64,000 nt of DNA, from assembly GCA_964500125.1 (NCBI GenBank), contig CAZCMV010000001.1, positions 54,119 to 118,118 of the forward strand, written 5' to 3'. Each line of letters starts with the position of its first letter. Positions within the stretch are counted from its first letter, which is position 1. The translations under genes were made by a program, and so were the position numbers. The notes beneath the pieces were generated by a model. It saw nothing but the letters and a program-made list of their open reading frames with translations. It was not told the DNA's origin and did not search any database. Positions 10,215 through 18,720 of this stretch are shown piece by piece. Origin of the DNA: an uncultured Bdellovibrionales bacterium. GTDB lineage: Bacteria > Patescibacteriota > Minisyncoccia > Moranbacterales > GWC2-37-73.

Positions 10215-10828
10215 ATTGAAAAAGTTGTATTTTCAATGGTATCACCGACAATAAGTGAAAAGCTTTTGGTGGATGACACACCATTTTGAGTATTTACAGT
10301 AATTGTTATCTTGTATTTTCCACGCTCAAGTTTATGACTAGGATTTTTCCAGTCATAAACATATGATTCATTATTCCAACCATATGCCTCCTTGTCTTTT
10401 TCGTATTTTGTAATCACATCTAAAAATTCCTGATTACCGGCTAAAATTGTGACAGGATCCGGTTCAAAAAGTCTCAAAATGGCGTTGTCCTTTAAAAATG
10501 GTAGCTCTGGCGTTGACGCCCAGCGCCCCTTGAACGAAAGGTGTGTTTTATTATCAACTCCAGAAATATTTATCATTGCCCTGCAATTTTCAGCAGTTTG
10601 ACGAACAAGCCATGTTAATAAAAATGGCATTCTCTGATTAACGACAGCAACTCTGAAAAATTTCCATCGTTGACCAGAATGAGAACTGCTATTTTGATAA
10701 GTATTATCAGAATGAGCTTCTTCTGTAACTAAAATTTCAATCGCAGGCATCCTCATCCGATCAAACCACAATGCAAGCAAAATTCCAAAAAAAGTTGTAG
10801 CGATCGATAAAATTATATTTTCAAGCAT
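10211..10828 (-). CDS. single-pass membrane protein of unknown function (205 aa)
   Basis: N-terminal TM helix; 2 nt after the MTase stop and overlapping the next gene start. Confidence 0.45.
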   Translation of the reverse strand: MLENIILSIATTFFGILLALWFDRMRMPAIEILVTEEAHSDNTYQNSSSHSGQRWKFFRVAVVNQRMPFLLTWLVRQTAENCRAMINISGVDNKTHLSFKGRWASTPELPFLKDNAILRLFEPDPVTILAGNQEFLDVITKYEKDKEAYGWNNESYVYDWKNPSHKLERGKYKITITVNTQNGVSSTKSFSLIVGDTIENTTFSI

Positions 10829-10830
10829 AT

Positions 10831-13800
10831 TTATTTAATGCAATTATTTACTACCTCAACCTCTTCCATTGTAAGTCCGTAAAATCCAAAGATGAGCTTA
10901 TCAATTTGTAATTCAAATTCTCTAATATCGGAGCCATCATTCTCCCTCTTAATATCTAAAATGCGCTCGACAATACTTATAACTTCTTCCTGTTCTTTTT
11001 TATTGCCAATAAAAATAGGTATTTCAATAATTGGATCCTTGTCAATTTGATAATTATTACCCTGCATCTTTCCTTTATTGTGAAGCCAAAAAGCAATTAG
11101 TTTAGAATTCAATATTCCAGTTAAATACTTTTGATTAATTCTACTTGTTTTTATAGAAAAAAATGCCCTAGAAACATAACAAGGAAAATCCGTGTAGGTA
11201 AATGTTGGACATGCACATTTTCTAACGGACATTATTTTTTCTCCTTGAAAAAAAGATTCTTTCCTTGGTCTATTTAAACCATAAGGTCCATTCTCAGATG
11301 TAATAATATCCTTAAATTTATCTAGATGCTTTTTTACCTCAGGATAATCATTGATTTTATCAGCTTTTTTAAATGATGAATCCGTATAGATGATCCAGAA
11401 CTTATTTTTTTTATTTCCAAAAATACCCTTTAATTCTTTTGTTGTATAATATGGTTTTAATAATTTATTTTCTTTTTCTGACAACTTAATGTTTTCTTTT
11501 TCATTATTTGAAAGAACAAATATACCATCTCCTATTTTAAAATTATTGCCAATTTCTTTTAAGGATTTTTTATTTACAAAATCCTGAAGAACATCAATTC
11601 CAGACATTAACTCACTTTTACCATCAATGAAAAACTTACCCTTTTCTGAAATCTTATTCAATATATTATTATCCTGAAGACTGCTAAAGACAAAGGTTTT
11701 ATTCTCGAAATAAGAACGATTGAAATTAGGATTAAGGTAGCAAAACTTATCATCCTTAACTTTATTTAATATTTTATTTACACAATTCAATGAAATTTTA
11801 TCATCAATTATTTTTCTATAATCAAATTGATACTCATTTAAACTATTATTTCGCTGAAGCAACATTATCATTGTTTGAATATCAGCACTTTCAAAAATTT
11901 TATAATTACCAAAATCAATAAAAGAAATCATTTTGGCATCTTTTGCGATCTTTAATCTAAGCTTAGAGGCCCCCGCATTTGTAACCCAATTATTAGAAGC
12001 AATAAAAGCAAGCACGCCAGTATTGGTCTTAAGTAAATCAATGAAAGTACAGGCAAAAAGATACCACAAATCCATTTTCCCTTGATAATACTGACTTTCA
12101 CGAAGTCCATCGAAAGCAGATTTATCTGTATGCTCTTTAATATAAGGTGGGTTCCCAATAACTACATCAAAACCACCCTTCTCTCTGAAAACGTCACTAA
12201 ACTCAAGCTTCCAAATAAAAAATGGACGGATATTCTTACGCCTAAGTTCTTTTATTTCCTCAAGCTTTTCCGTTTTACCCTGTTCTGCCAGTGTAATCTC
12301 AATCAGTTCCCACTTTAAATTATCAATCTCTTCTTTCAATTCTTGCTTATGTGTTCTTCGTGATTCACTTATGTATTGTTCAATTTTATTATGCAGAAGC
12401 TTAGTTTTCTCTTCTGCAATTCTCCTTTTTTCTGGAATTCCAAAAAGATTATTACTACTCGTATCAGAATTTTCAGATCCCTTGGAAAATAATTTAAGTC
12501 TTGATTGTAATGATTTTATTTCCCTCTCAATTTCCATCTTTCTAATTACTGTCAACTTGCCCTTATAATGCAGATCAAAATACTCCCGTTGAAATTTAGA
12601 AATTTCATCATTGACTTCTACTTTTTCTTTTTCTAAAGATTGCGCACTTTCAAGTATTGAATCATCAAATAATTTAATGCCTTCATATTCGGAAATAAGA
12701 CTATTACCTTGCATTATTTTATGCTCGAGATTTGGCAAGGGGTGCGGAATGTTTTCATCAACAACCAATGACAGCCAGAGGCGAAGCTTAGCGATTTCAA
12801 CCGCACCAGGATCAAGATCAACACCATAAATGGAATGGGAGATAGTGTGAAGTTTTAATTCATAATCAGAAATATTATCATCAAGATATATATTTAAGAC
12901 CTTTCTAGCTCTAACTATCTCATTAATCATGCCAAGCGGAAATGCGCCCGAACCAACAGCAGGATCAGCAATTTTTATATTTTCTAAGAGCTGATCTAAC
13001 AAAATTGCTTTTGATCTAATAGAGCCAGGCAGAAGTAATTCATATTTACCTCTATATTCAAAACCGCTAATTTCCTTTTCCCTTATCTTTTCTAGAGCAA
13101 CTTTGTCATTATCAATGATTCTATCTCCCCTACGTATAAGCAACTCTAAATCCTGCCTTGCAATATCAGTGCCGACTTCAGCTTCCAAATAGTTAATAAG
13201 ACTTTCTTGGCACATATAATGTACAATTTCACGAGGAGTGTAAAAAGCGCCCTTGCTTTTTCTATCTTTGATATCAAGCAAGTTTTCAAAAACTTTTCCA
13301 AGCATTTCAGGATCAACCGCAACCTCTTTTTCTAAAGGCTCATTTTCATTTACAGTAAAATTATATCTATCAAAAATATCAAAAATACCATCTCCGATAT
13401 CCCCTTCTTTGGTTCTATTATTATTAGAAAAAAGATCGTCAGGAAGAACAATGTTGGTGGTTTCCCATTTATATCCATTCATTGGTTCAAATAATCCACC
13501 ATTTAAAAATGGCATCCTGCAATTATTTAATCTAGGATAAATCGATTCCTTGCCACGATCTTGTGCAAGAGCTTCGTAAAATAATGGCTCCAAAACATCA
13601 TTAAAGAAATTTTTACCATATTTTTTTCGGCGTTCGAATAGTTCGCGTATGAATTTCTTAGGTCCCTCGCCCCATTTTTTTTCAGGCGAAACACCAAACC
13701 AGCCTTTTTTTTGTAAAAAATAAAGGAAGACAATTTGCCCTAAAGTTTTTTTTGCAAAATCAACCGTTGAAATTTCCTTTTCTTCAAATTCTTTTTTTAT

Positions 13801-14445
13801 CTTTTCATCATTAAGAAGAACAGCATCCAAACATTCCTTGAGATGAAAATATAACTCGGTATATTTACTAAAAAATTCTTTTGTTATTACTTCAATATCA
13901 AAAGCAAGTTCCAATTCTGAAAGATTTGGATTTTCATTACTTATAAGCAGATTCATAAATCTACTTTGTGCTGTATGACTACCTTCATTTTCACCAACCA
14001 AAAATGACCATCTCCGAGCAGGGGTTATTTCTGCCTTGGTTTTTAATTTTTCATTTACAACCTCCAAGGAATGTTCCAATTTTACAAGTGAAAGACGCCA
14101 ATCTCTATTTCCAGGAGAAACAAACGCTACCAAAGCTGCTTCCTTGTTATTTGTCTTAAGATACTCGGCTACAAAATTTCGTTGAGCTGTTCTAGCTCTC
14201 TCAAGAGTTGAATTTTTGTTAAGAGCAACTTCCAATATGTCTATTTTATTCCCAAAGCAATCCTCAAAATATCCAATTACCTTATATTTAAGAATAAATG
14301 GAAGAAATGAATGTTTTATGATCGGCTCAAAACCACTCGACTTATACTCCTTAAAAAGATTTCTAACGAAAAGTAGGAAGTTATTTTCATCAAACTTATC
14401 ATTAAACGCAGATGCAATAATTTTTTTTGCTTCTTCCTTTGTCAT
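10831..14445 (-). CDS. gamma-class N6-adenine DNA methyltransferase, Eco57I/PglX/DrmMI-like (1204 aa); possibly a Type IIG R-M fusion
   Basis: GAFYTPREIV (motif X), DPAVGSGAFPLG (SAM motif I), VVIGNPPYIKEH (NPPY motif IV); long C-terminal TRD-like region; ~170-aa N-terminal domain of unclear function. Confidence 0.85.
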   Translation of the reverse strand: MTKEEAKKIIASAFNDKFDENNFLLFVRNLFKEYKSSGFEPIIKHSFLPFILKYKVIGYFEDCFGNKIDILEVALNKNSTLERARTAQRNFVAEYLKTNNKEAALVAFVSPGNRDWRLSLVKLEHSLEVVNEKLKTKAEITPARRWSFLVGENEGSHTAQSRFMNLLISNENPNLSELELAFDIEVITKEFFSKYTELYFHLKECLDAVLLNDEKIKKEFEEKEISTVDFAKKTLGQIVFLYFLQKKGWFGVSPEKKWGEGPKKFIRELFERRKKYGKNFFNDVLEPLFYEALAQDRGKESIYPRLNNCRMPFLNGGLFEPMNGYKWETTNIVLPDDLFSNNNRTKEGDIGDGIFDIFDRYNFTVNENEPLEKEVAVDPEMLGKVFENLLDIKDRKSKGAFYTPREIVHYMCQESLINYLEAEVGTDIARQDLELLIRRGDRIIDNDKVALEKIREKEISGFEYRGKYELLLPGSIRSKAILLDQLLENIKIADPAVGSGAFPLGMINEIVRARKVLNIYLDDNISDYELKLHTISHSIYGVDLDPGAVEIAKLRLWLSLVVDENIPHPLPNLEHKIMQGNSLISEYEGIKLFDDSILESAQSLEKEKVEVNDEISKFQREYFDLHYKGKLTVIRKMEIEREIKSLQSRLKLFSKGSENSDTSSNNLFGIPEKRRIAEEKTKLLHNKIEQYISESRRTHKQELKEEIDNLKWELIEITLAEQGKTEKLEEIKELRRKNIRPFFIWKLEFSDVFREKGGFDVVIGNPPYIKEHTDKSAFDGLRESQYYQGKMDLWYLFACTFIDLLKTNTGVLAFIASNNWVTNAGASKLRLKIAKDAKMISFIDFGNYKIFESADIQTMIMLLQRNNSLNEYQFDYRKIIDDKISLNCVNKILNKVKDDKFCYLNPNFNRSYFENKTFVFSSLQDNNILNKISEKGKFFIDGKSELMSGIDVLQDFVNKKSLKEIGNNFKIGDGIFVLSNNEKENIKLSEKENKLLKPYYTTKELKGIFGNKKNKFWIIYTDSSFKKADKINDYPEVKKHLDKFKDIITSENGPYGLNRPRKESFFQGEKIMSVRKCACPTFTYTDFPCYVSRAFFSIKTSRINQKYLTGILNSKLIAFWLHNKGKMQGNNYQIDKDPIIEIPIFIGNKKEQEEVISIVERILDIKRENDGSDIREFELQIDKLIFGFYGLTMEEVEVVNNCIK

Positions 14446-14447
14446 AT

Positions 14448-17400
14448 CTAGTTGATATTAAAATATTCAGAAAGTATAATCTCCTTTTTTGCAGATACAC
14501 CATCATTTTGCTCGTTTTGATTTGGCATCAAGAAATCAGCAGGAAGAGTGGTTTTTAAGATTGCCAGAAGTTTAATTGGGTTCGCAATAATTTCTGGCAT
14601 TTCCTGAATTTTATTATAAATTGTTTGAGATATTTTCTTTGGAATTCCACCAGTGTTAAGCTCCTCAATAACTTGTCTAATATAAGATTCATCATCCTCT
14701 GTAAAGCCCTTAAAATTTCTAATTTCTTTTGCGCTCAAAAGCTTGTGAAGACGTGCGGCATTATCCCTACTTCCACGCTTAGATGAAAATTCTTCCTCCT
14801 CATTCTCGCCAACATTTTTCAACATTTCCAAATTCTTATCAAGCAATTCATAGAATAGTTTATCTTGTTTGTTTTTTTTCTCATCTGGCTGAGCCGATAG
14901 TGTTTTTGCCGCTTCCGTAAAATCAATCTCGGAAGAAACTGAGACTGCACCATTTTCCACAATGAAAAACTTTTGTAATTTTCCTTTTCTGAAATATGTT
15001 AGTAATTTAACAATACTATCTTTTGATTCACGAACTGTTCTTGCCTTCTTTGGAAGTCTTTTTATTTTTTCAAATAATTCAGGATTTTCATCCCTTATCC
15101 TTCTGATCTCTTGCAAATACCCAAGCTCACTTTCTCCCTCATCCATCTCACCCTCAATCATTTCTTTTGATAAGATTTGACTGAAAAGGCTGTGCCCTTC
15201 TGGGACTTCACTTTCAGTTAGAAGTTTTGCGTCAGCACCAAGCAATGTGATGAATGCTTGAATTTTAGCTTCTGCCATTTCTTTTAATTTAATCTGCTCA
15301 TTTGATTGGTCTGTTGGAAAAAAAGTATATGTATAAATTTTGTCATGTTTTGCATCGACTCTGTTTATGCGACCGACTCGTTGCATTATACGTGTAGGAT
15401 TCCATGGAATATCATAATTTATAACGACATTCGCCTGATGTAAATTAGCACCTTCAGACAAAACATCTGTTGTTATCAGAAGCGTGAAATCATTCTTAAT
15501 ATTTTTTGCATTTGCATCAAAATTCTCCATCACTATTTCTCGTTCCGCCTGTGAACTCTCTCCTGAAAAATACAGGATTTTATCTGGAAAAATATCTTGC
15601 AAATTCTTCACCAAATATTGTGCTGTTTCTTTTGATTCGGTAAATATTATAGACTTTCCAATTTTTACAGGCTCCTCAATGGCAAGCTTTTCCTTAAATG
15701 CTATGATTTTAGGATCGCGATCGATACCTTTCCATAATTCCTGAATATCTTTCAGGATATTCAAATCATTATTAAGATCAACAATAAAGTTTTCATTAAA
15801 TTCATCACTAGAAAATTTCTCCGCTTTGCCATTCGCAATAAGCTGATCAATAGCATCCAAATTATCGTTCTCTAAATAATCAAATATTTTTTGAATATTT
15901 TTTTTGCTCACATATACATTGCCAGAATTGAACTCATTTATAAATTTTTCATATGACGCAACAAAGCGATTTATCGATTGACTAAATGCAAAAAAACTAC
16001 TTTCTAATCTTTTAATCAAAAGCATTCTCATGAATTTCATCATGTTCTTTTGTTGTTGCTCCTCTGAACTCAAAAGCCCCTTATGATAAAGTAACGGCGT
16101 ATAGCGAGAATACTTGAAATCATTGGTTATAATCTTAATTGTCTCAAAAAAAACATTGTCTTCTTTTTCATTGAATTCATAAAAAATCGGCTCTGGATTG
16201 GCAATTTCAGGAAAACTCATTTTTTGTTTTTTCAAATCATCTCCGTAATATTTTGTGATTTCCGTTCTGGTGCGTCTAACCATTAAATATTTCAATACGC
16301 GCTCTCTAATCAATTTAGAGTTTTCTTTTGTAATGGAAATATATTCTTGTTTATCTTTTTGCCTGTCGAGCCCTTTAAGTTTTTTCTCTAAATTCTTAAA
16401 AAACCCCTCAAGATCAGGAAGACTTGGAATTGTACTTTTTCTTGAGCGCTGAAAAAGTTTAATCTGTGCTAACAAATCAGATGGCGAATTATTATATGGT
16501 GTAGCTGTCACCAAGATAACTTTTTTGCCCCTGCAAATCTGCGCAAGCTTTGCATAGGTATCAGTTTCCTCTGTTCTGAATCGATGCGCTTCATCAATAA
16601 GAACAACATCAAAATCCTTCTGCAAGTCCTTTTTTATTATCTTATCCAAAATCCCAATCGACATGCATTTGTAATCTTTTGCTCGAAATCCAAAATTGCG
16701 AAAAGCGTTTTCCCAGCTTCCCTCATTGCTCTCGCTAATCAAGTGTGGTGGCGCCAAAACCAATGTCCTGCCCTTTAACTCCTGACAAAGCATTGTGCCC
16801 ATGAAGGTTTTACCAAGACCCACAACATCCGAAAGAAAAACACCACCATATTCCTCCACAATTTTTCGAGCGTTAATAACAGCATGATCCTGATATTTTA
16901 ACTCCTTAAAATTGTGCGGACGGAAATTGTGCTCCAATGATTGGCTCTCATTAATCTCTTCCTTAAAATATTCATACAGAAATTTTAGATAGAGCTCGTA
17001 TGGAGTGATATCTTCGCGAAGCCATGTATCTTTTTTTATCGTTTCTAGATATTTTTCACTCACATCAACTCCTTTTTCCCATAACTCTTCAAATTTAGAC
17101 TTGGCAAATTCATAATCAGAAGGATTCTTAAGCTCAACATTAAATTCCAAATTATCCACCAAGCCACTTTGTGTAAAATTGCTTGAGCCAGTAATAACAC
17201 GACCAAGATCCCGATCATCTTCATCGAATGTCATTATGTACAATTTGGAATGAATCTTTTCTTCAGGATAAGCTCGGATTTCTAATTTATCACTAGACAG
17301 CCATTCAATAAATTTCAACACCCCTTCTTCTACTTTTACATTGTTTTCACAATCTTCCATTTCTTTTTTTACCTCCTCACCAATCTGTTCTCCTATTTCC

Positions 17401-17687
17401 TTGTGTGATTGAATTTTTTGAAGCAAATCATAAGTCTGATGATTAGTGCTAATTCCAATCAGAATTCTTATTTTTTCAGTTTTTTCCAAACTAGGATAAA
17501 TAGCATAAAAACCGCTTGTATAAAAATAACCAACCAAGACATCAAAAAAACGTGTGTCTTTAATTAAAACTCTGAAACGATCAGCAAGATTATTGTTTTT
17601 TTCATTGGTTAAAAATGTAAGATCTGTATTCATGTTTTTATTGAAAATAGAAAAATTATAAATCAGTCCATTTAAATTCAAAGGCAA
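14448..17687 (-). CDS. PLD(HKD)-family nuclease fused to SNF2-family helicase (1079 aa)
   Basis: N-terminal PLD: YFYTSGFY..., HSKLYIMTFD (HxKx4D), GSSNFTQSG. Helicase: GLGKT (motif I), VLIDEAHRFR (DEAH), C-terminal QRVGRINR (motif VI). Confidence 0.85.
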   Translation of the reverse strand: MPLNLNGLIYNFSIFNKNMNTDLTFLTNEKNNNLADRFRVLIKDTRFFDVLVGYFYTSGFYAIYPSLEKTEKIRILIGISTNHQTYDLLQKIQSHKEIGEQIGEEVKKEMEDCENNVKVEEGVLKFIEWLSSDKLEIRAYPEEKIHSKLYIMTFDEDDRDLGRVITGSSNFTQSGLVDNLEFNVELKNPSDYEFAKSKFEELWEKGVDVSEKYLETIKKDTWLREDITPYELYLKFLYEYFKEEINESQSLEHNFRPHNFKELKYQDHAVINARKIVEEYGGVFLSDVVGLGKTFMGTMLCQELKGRTLVLAPPHLISESNEGSWENAFRNFGFRAKDYKCMSIGILDKIIKKDLQKDFDVVLIDEAHRFRTEETDTYAKLAQICRGKKVILVTATPYNNSPSDLLAQIKLFQRSRKSTIPSLPDLEGFFKNLEKKLKGLDRQKDKQEYISITKENSKLIRERVLKYLMVRRTRTEITKYYGDDLKKQKMSFPEIANPEPIFYEFNEKEDNVFFETIKIITNDFKYSRYTPLLYHKGLLSSEEQQQKNMMKFMRMLLIKRLESSFFAFSQSINRFVASYEKFINEFNSGNVYVSKKNIQKIFDYLENDNLDAIDQLIANGKAEKFSSDEFNENFIVDLNNDLNILKDIQELWKGIDRDPKIIAFKEKLAIEEPVKIGKSIIFTESKETAQYLVKNLQDIFPDKILYFSGESSQAEREIVMENFDANAKNIKNDFTLLITTDVLSEGANLHQANVVINYDIPWNPTRIMQRVGRINRVDAKHDKIYTYTFFPTDQSNEQIKLKEMAEAKIQAFITLLGADAKLLTESEVPEGHSLFSQILSKEMIEGEMDEGESELGYLQEIRRIRDENPELFEKIKRLPKKARTVRESKDSIVKLLTYFRKGKLQKFFIVENGAVSVSSEIDFTEAAKTLSAQPDEKKNKQDKLFYELLDKNLEMLKNVGENEEEEFSSKRGSRDNAARLHKLLSAKEIRNFKGFTEDDESYIRQVIEELNTGGIPKKISQTIYNKIQEMPEIIANPIKLLAILKTTLPADFLMPNQNEQNDGVSAKKEIILSEYFNIN

Positions 17688-17814
17688 TGCCTATTGATTA
17701 AGGCAAATTTTGGCTTTGTTTCAAGTTTTTCCGTGCTTTAATGGTATCACTAAGTCAGCATTTATTCAAGCTATTTGACAAGAATCGCCACTTGTATATT
17801 ATTGAGGTAAGAAA

Positions 17815-18028
17815 AAGGTTACCCTGCACCGGACTCGAACTAGGAATTCGGAAAAGTCTATGGCAGGGAGTGTTTCCTCGGAGCAAGAGAAAAAAGAATT
17901 GCTCCTGTAATGCGCAGATTGCCAATGCTGCCGGGACACTTTAAGGCACAGTCAAGATCCCTCTTTATGATGTGGTTTTGTATGTGCTCAGATTCTTTTT
18001 CAAGAACCGCATCATATGCGGTTTTTTT
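17815..18028 (+). ncRNA. candidate small RNA ending in an intrinsic terminator; contains a tRNA T-arm-like fragment
   Basis: GC-enriched, non-coding; ggactcgaac (T-loop-like) at 17828-17840; hairpin ggagcaa-N12-ttgctcc at 17878-17905; terminator aaccgcatcatatgcggttttttt at 18005-18028. This orientation would be divergent from the defence operon promoter. Confidence 0.25.
18005..18028 (+). terminator. rho-independent terminator
   Basis: 8-bp GC-containing stem aaccgcat/atgcggtt, 3-nt loop, followed by T7. Confidence 0.5.
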
Positions 18029-18055
18029 GTCGTGAAAAATAAAAATCAAACAAAA

Positions 18056-18232
18056 ATGCAATCCCAATTCAGCCCAGCATTAATAGCCAAGTGCCAAAAA
18101 GTGATCTTCCAGAAATCAGGCAAAAAAATCAGCAAAGCGAAAGCCGAGCTGTATCTGGAAAAATTCGCGCGATATTTCATGCTGGCCGTGAAAGTTTTGG
18201 ATCAAGAAGCAAAAACTAAAAAATTAAAATAA
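18056..18232 (+). CDS. small hypothetical protein (58 aa)
   Basis: ATG at 18056 in frame with listed ORF; lysine-rich C-terminus. Confidence 0.3.
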   Translation: MQSQFSPALIAKCQKVIFQKSGKKISKAKAELYLEKFARYFMLAVKVLDQEAKTKKLK

Positions 18233-18239
18233 AAATCCA

Positions 18240-18515
18240 ATGGCAAAAATCATTAAAATTGACGAAATATCCCAAATTAAACTCCTTTCTGGCAATATAA
18301 TGCTTCAGCATTTGAAAAAATCTAAAACTGGACGAATAGCGTGGGTTACAGACGGCAATTTTTCCACATGGGCATCAACGTGTGAGTTCTACATTTTTCA
18401 GGCACCATACCGCACCATTGAAGGCACAGCGCAAATTGAGAGACTAATCGAAGTCGTGATAAGGTCGACCGACCAGATCAGTCAGGTTTTAATAGATAAC
18501 AATTTAAACAATTAA
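18240..18515 (+). CDS. small hypothetical protein (91 aa)
   Basis: ORF immediately following previous small ORF; same strand. Confidence 0.35.
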   Translation: MAKIIKIDEISQIKLLSGNIMLQHLKKSKTGRIAWVTDGNFSTWASTCEFYIFQAPYRTIEGTAQIERLIEVVIRSTDQISQVLIDNNLNN

Positions 18516-18527
18516 TAACAAAACAGT

Positions 18528-18710
18528 ATGACTGATGAAAAAGCTGAAAAATTCCCTGATGGAATCTGTCCGTTCATGAGCACACCGGAAAATCCGGTAC
18601 CATGTAGCGGAATATGCCAACTTCACAGAAAAGGCAAAAAAGGTTTTGCCTGTCCATGGCATGATCTTGCCATTATTGCCTGGAATTTGAAACCCGAAAA
18701 CAGACGCTAA
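18528..18710 (+). CDS. small cysteine-rich (zinc-ribbon-like) protein (60 aa)
   Basis: CPF...PCSGICQLH...CPWH gives 5 Cys/2 His spaced like a zinc-binding knuckle. Confidence 0.35.
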   Translation: MTDEKAEKFPDGICPFMSTPENPVPCSGICQLHRKGKKGFACPWHDLAIIAWNLKPENRR

Positions 18711-18720
18711 AGCGTGACGG

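Noticed and set aside
11952-13733. Short ORFs on either strand inside 10831-14445
   Set aside because: Nested within the 1204-aa MTase gene, whose motifs are in frame throughout; spurious.
17818-17848. Complete tRNA gene at the element boundary
   Set aside because: Only a T-loop-like 11-mer (ggactcgaac) is present. No acceptor, D or anticodon arms can be paired on either strand. It is treated as a fragment or remnant within a candidate sRNA instead.
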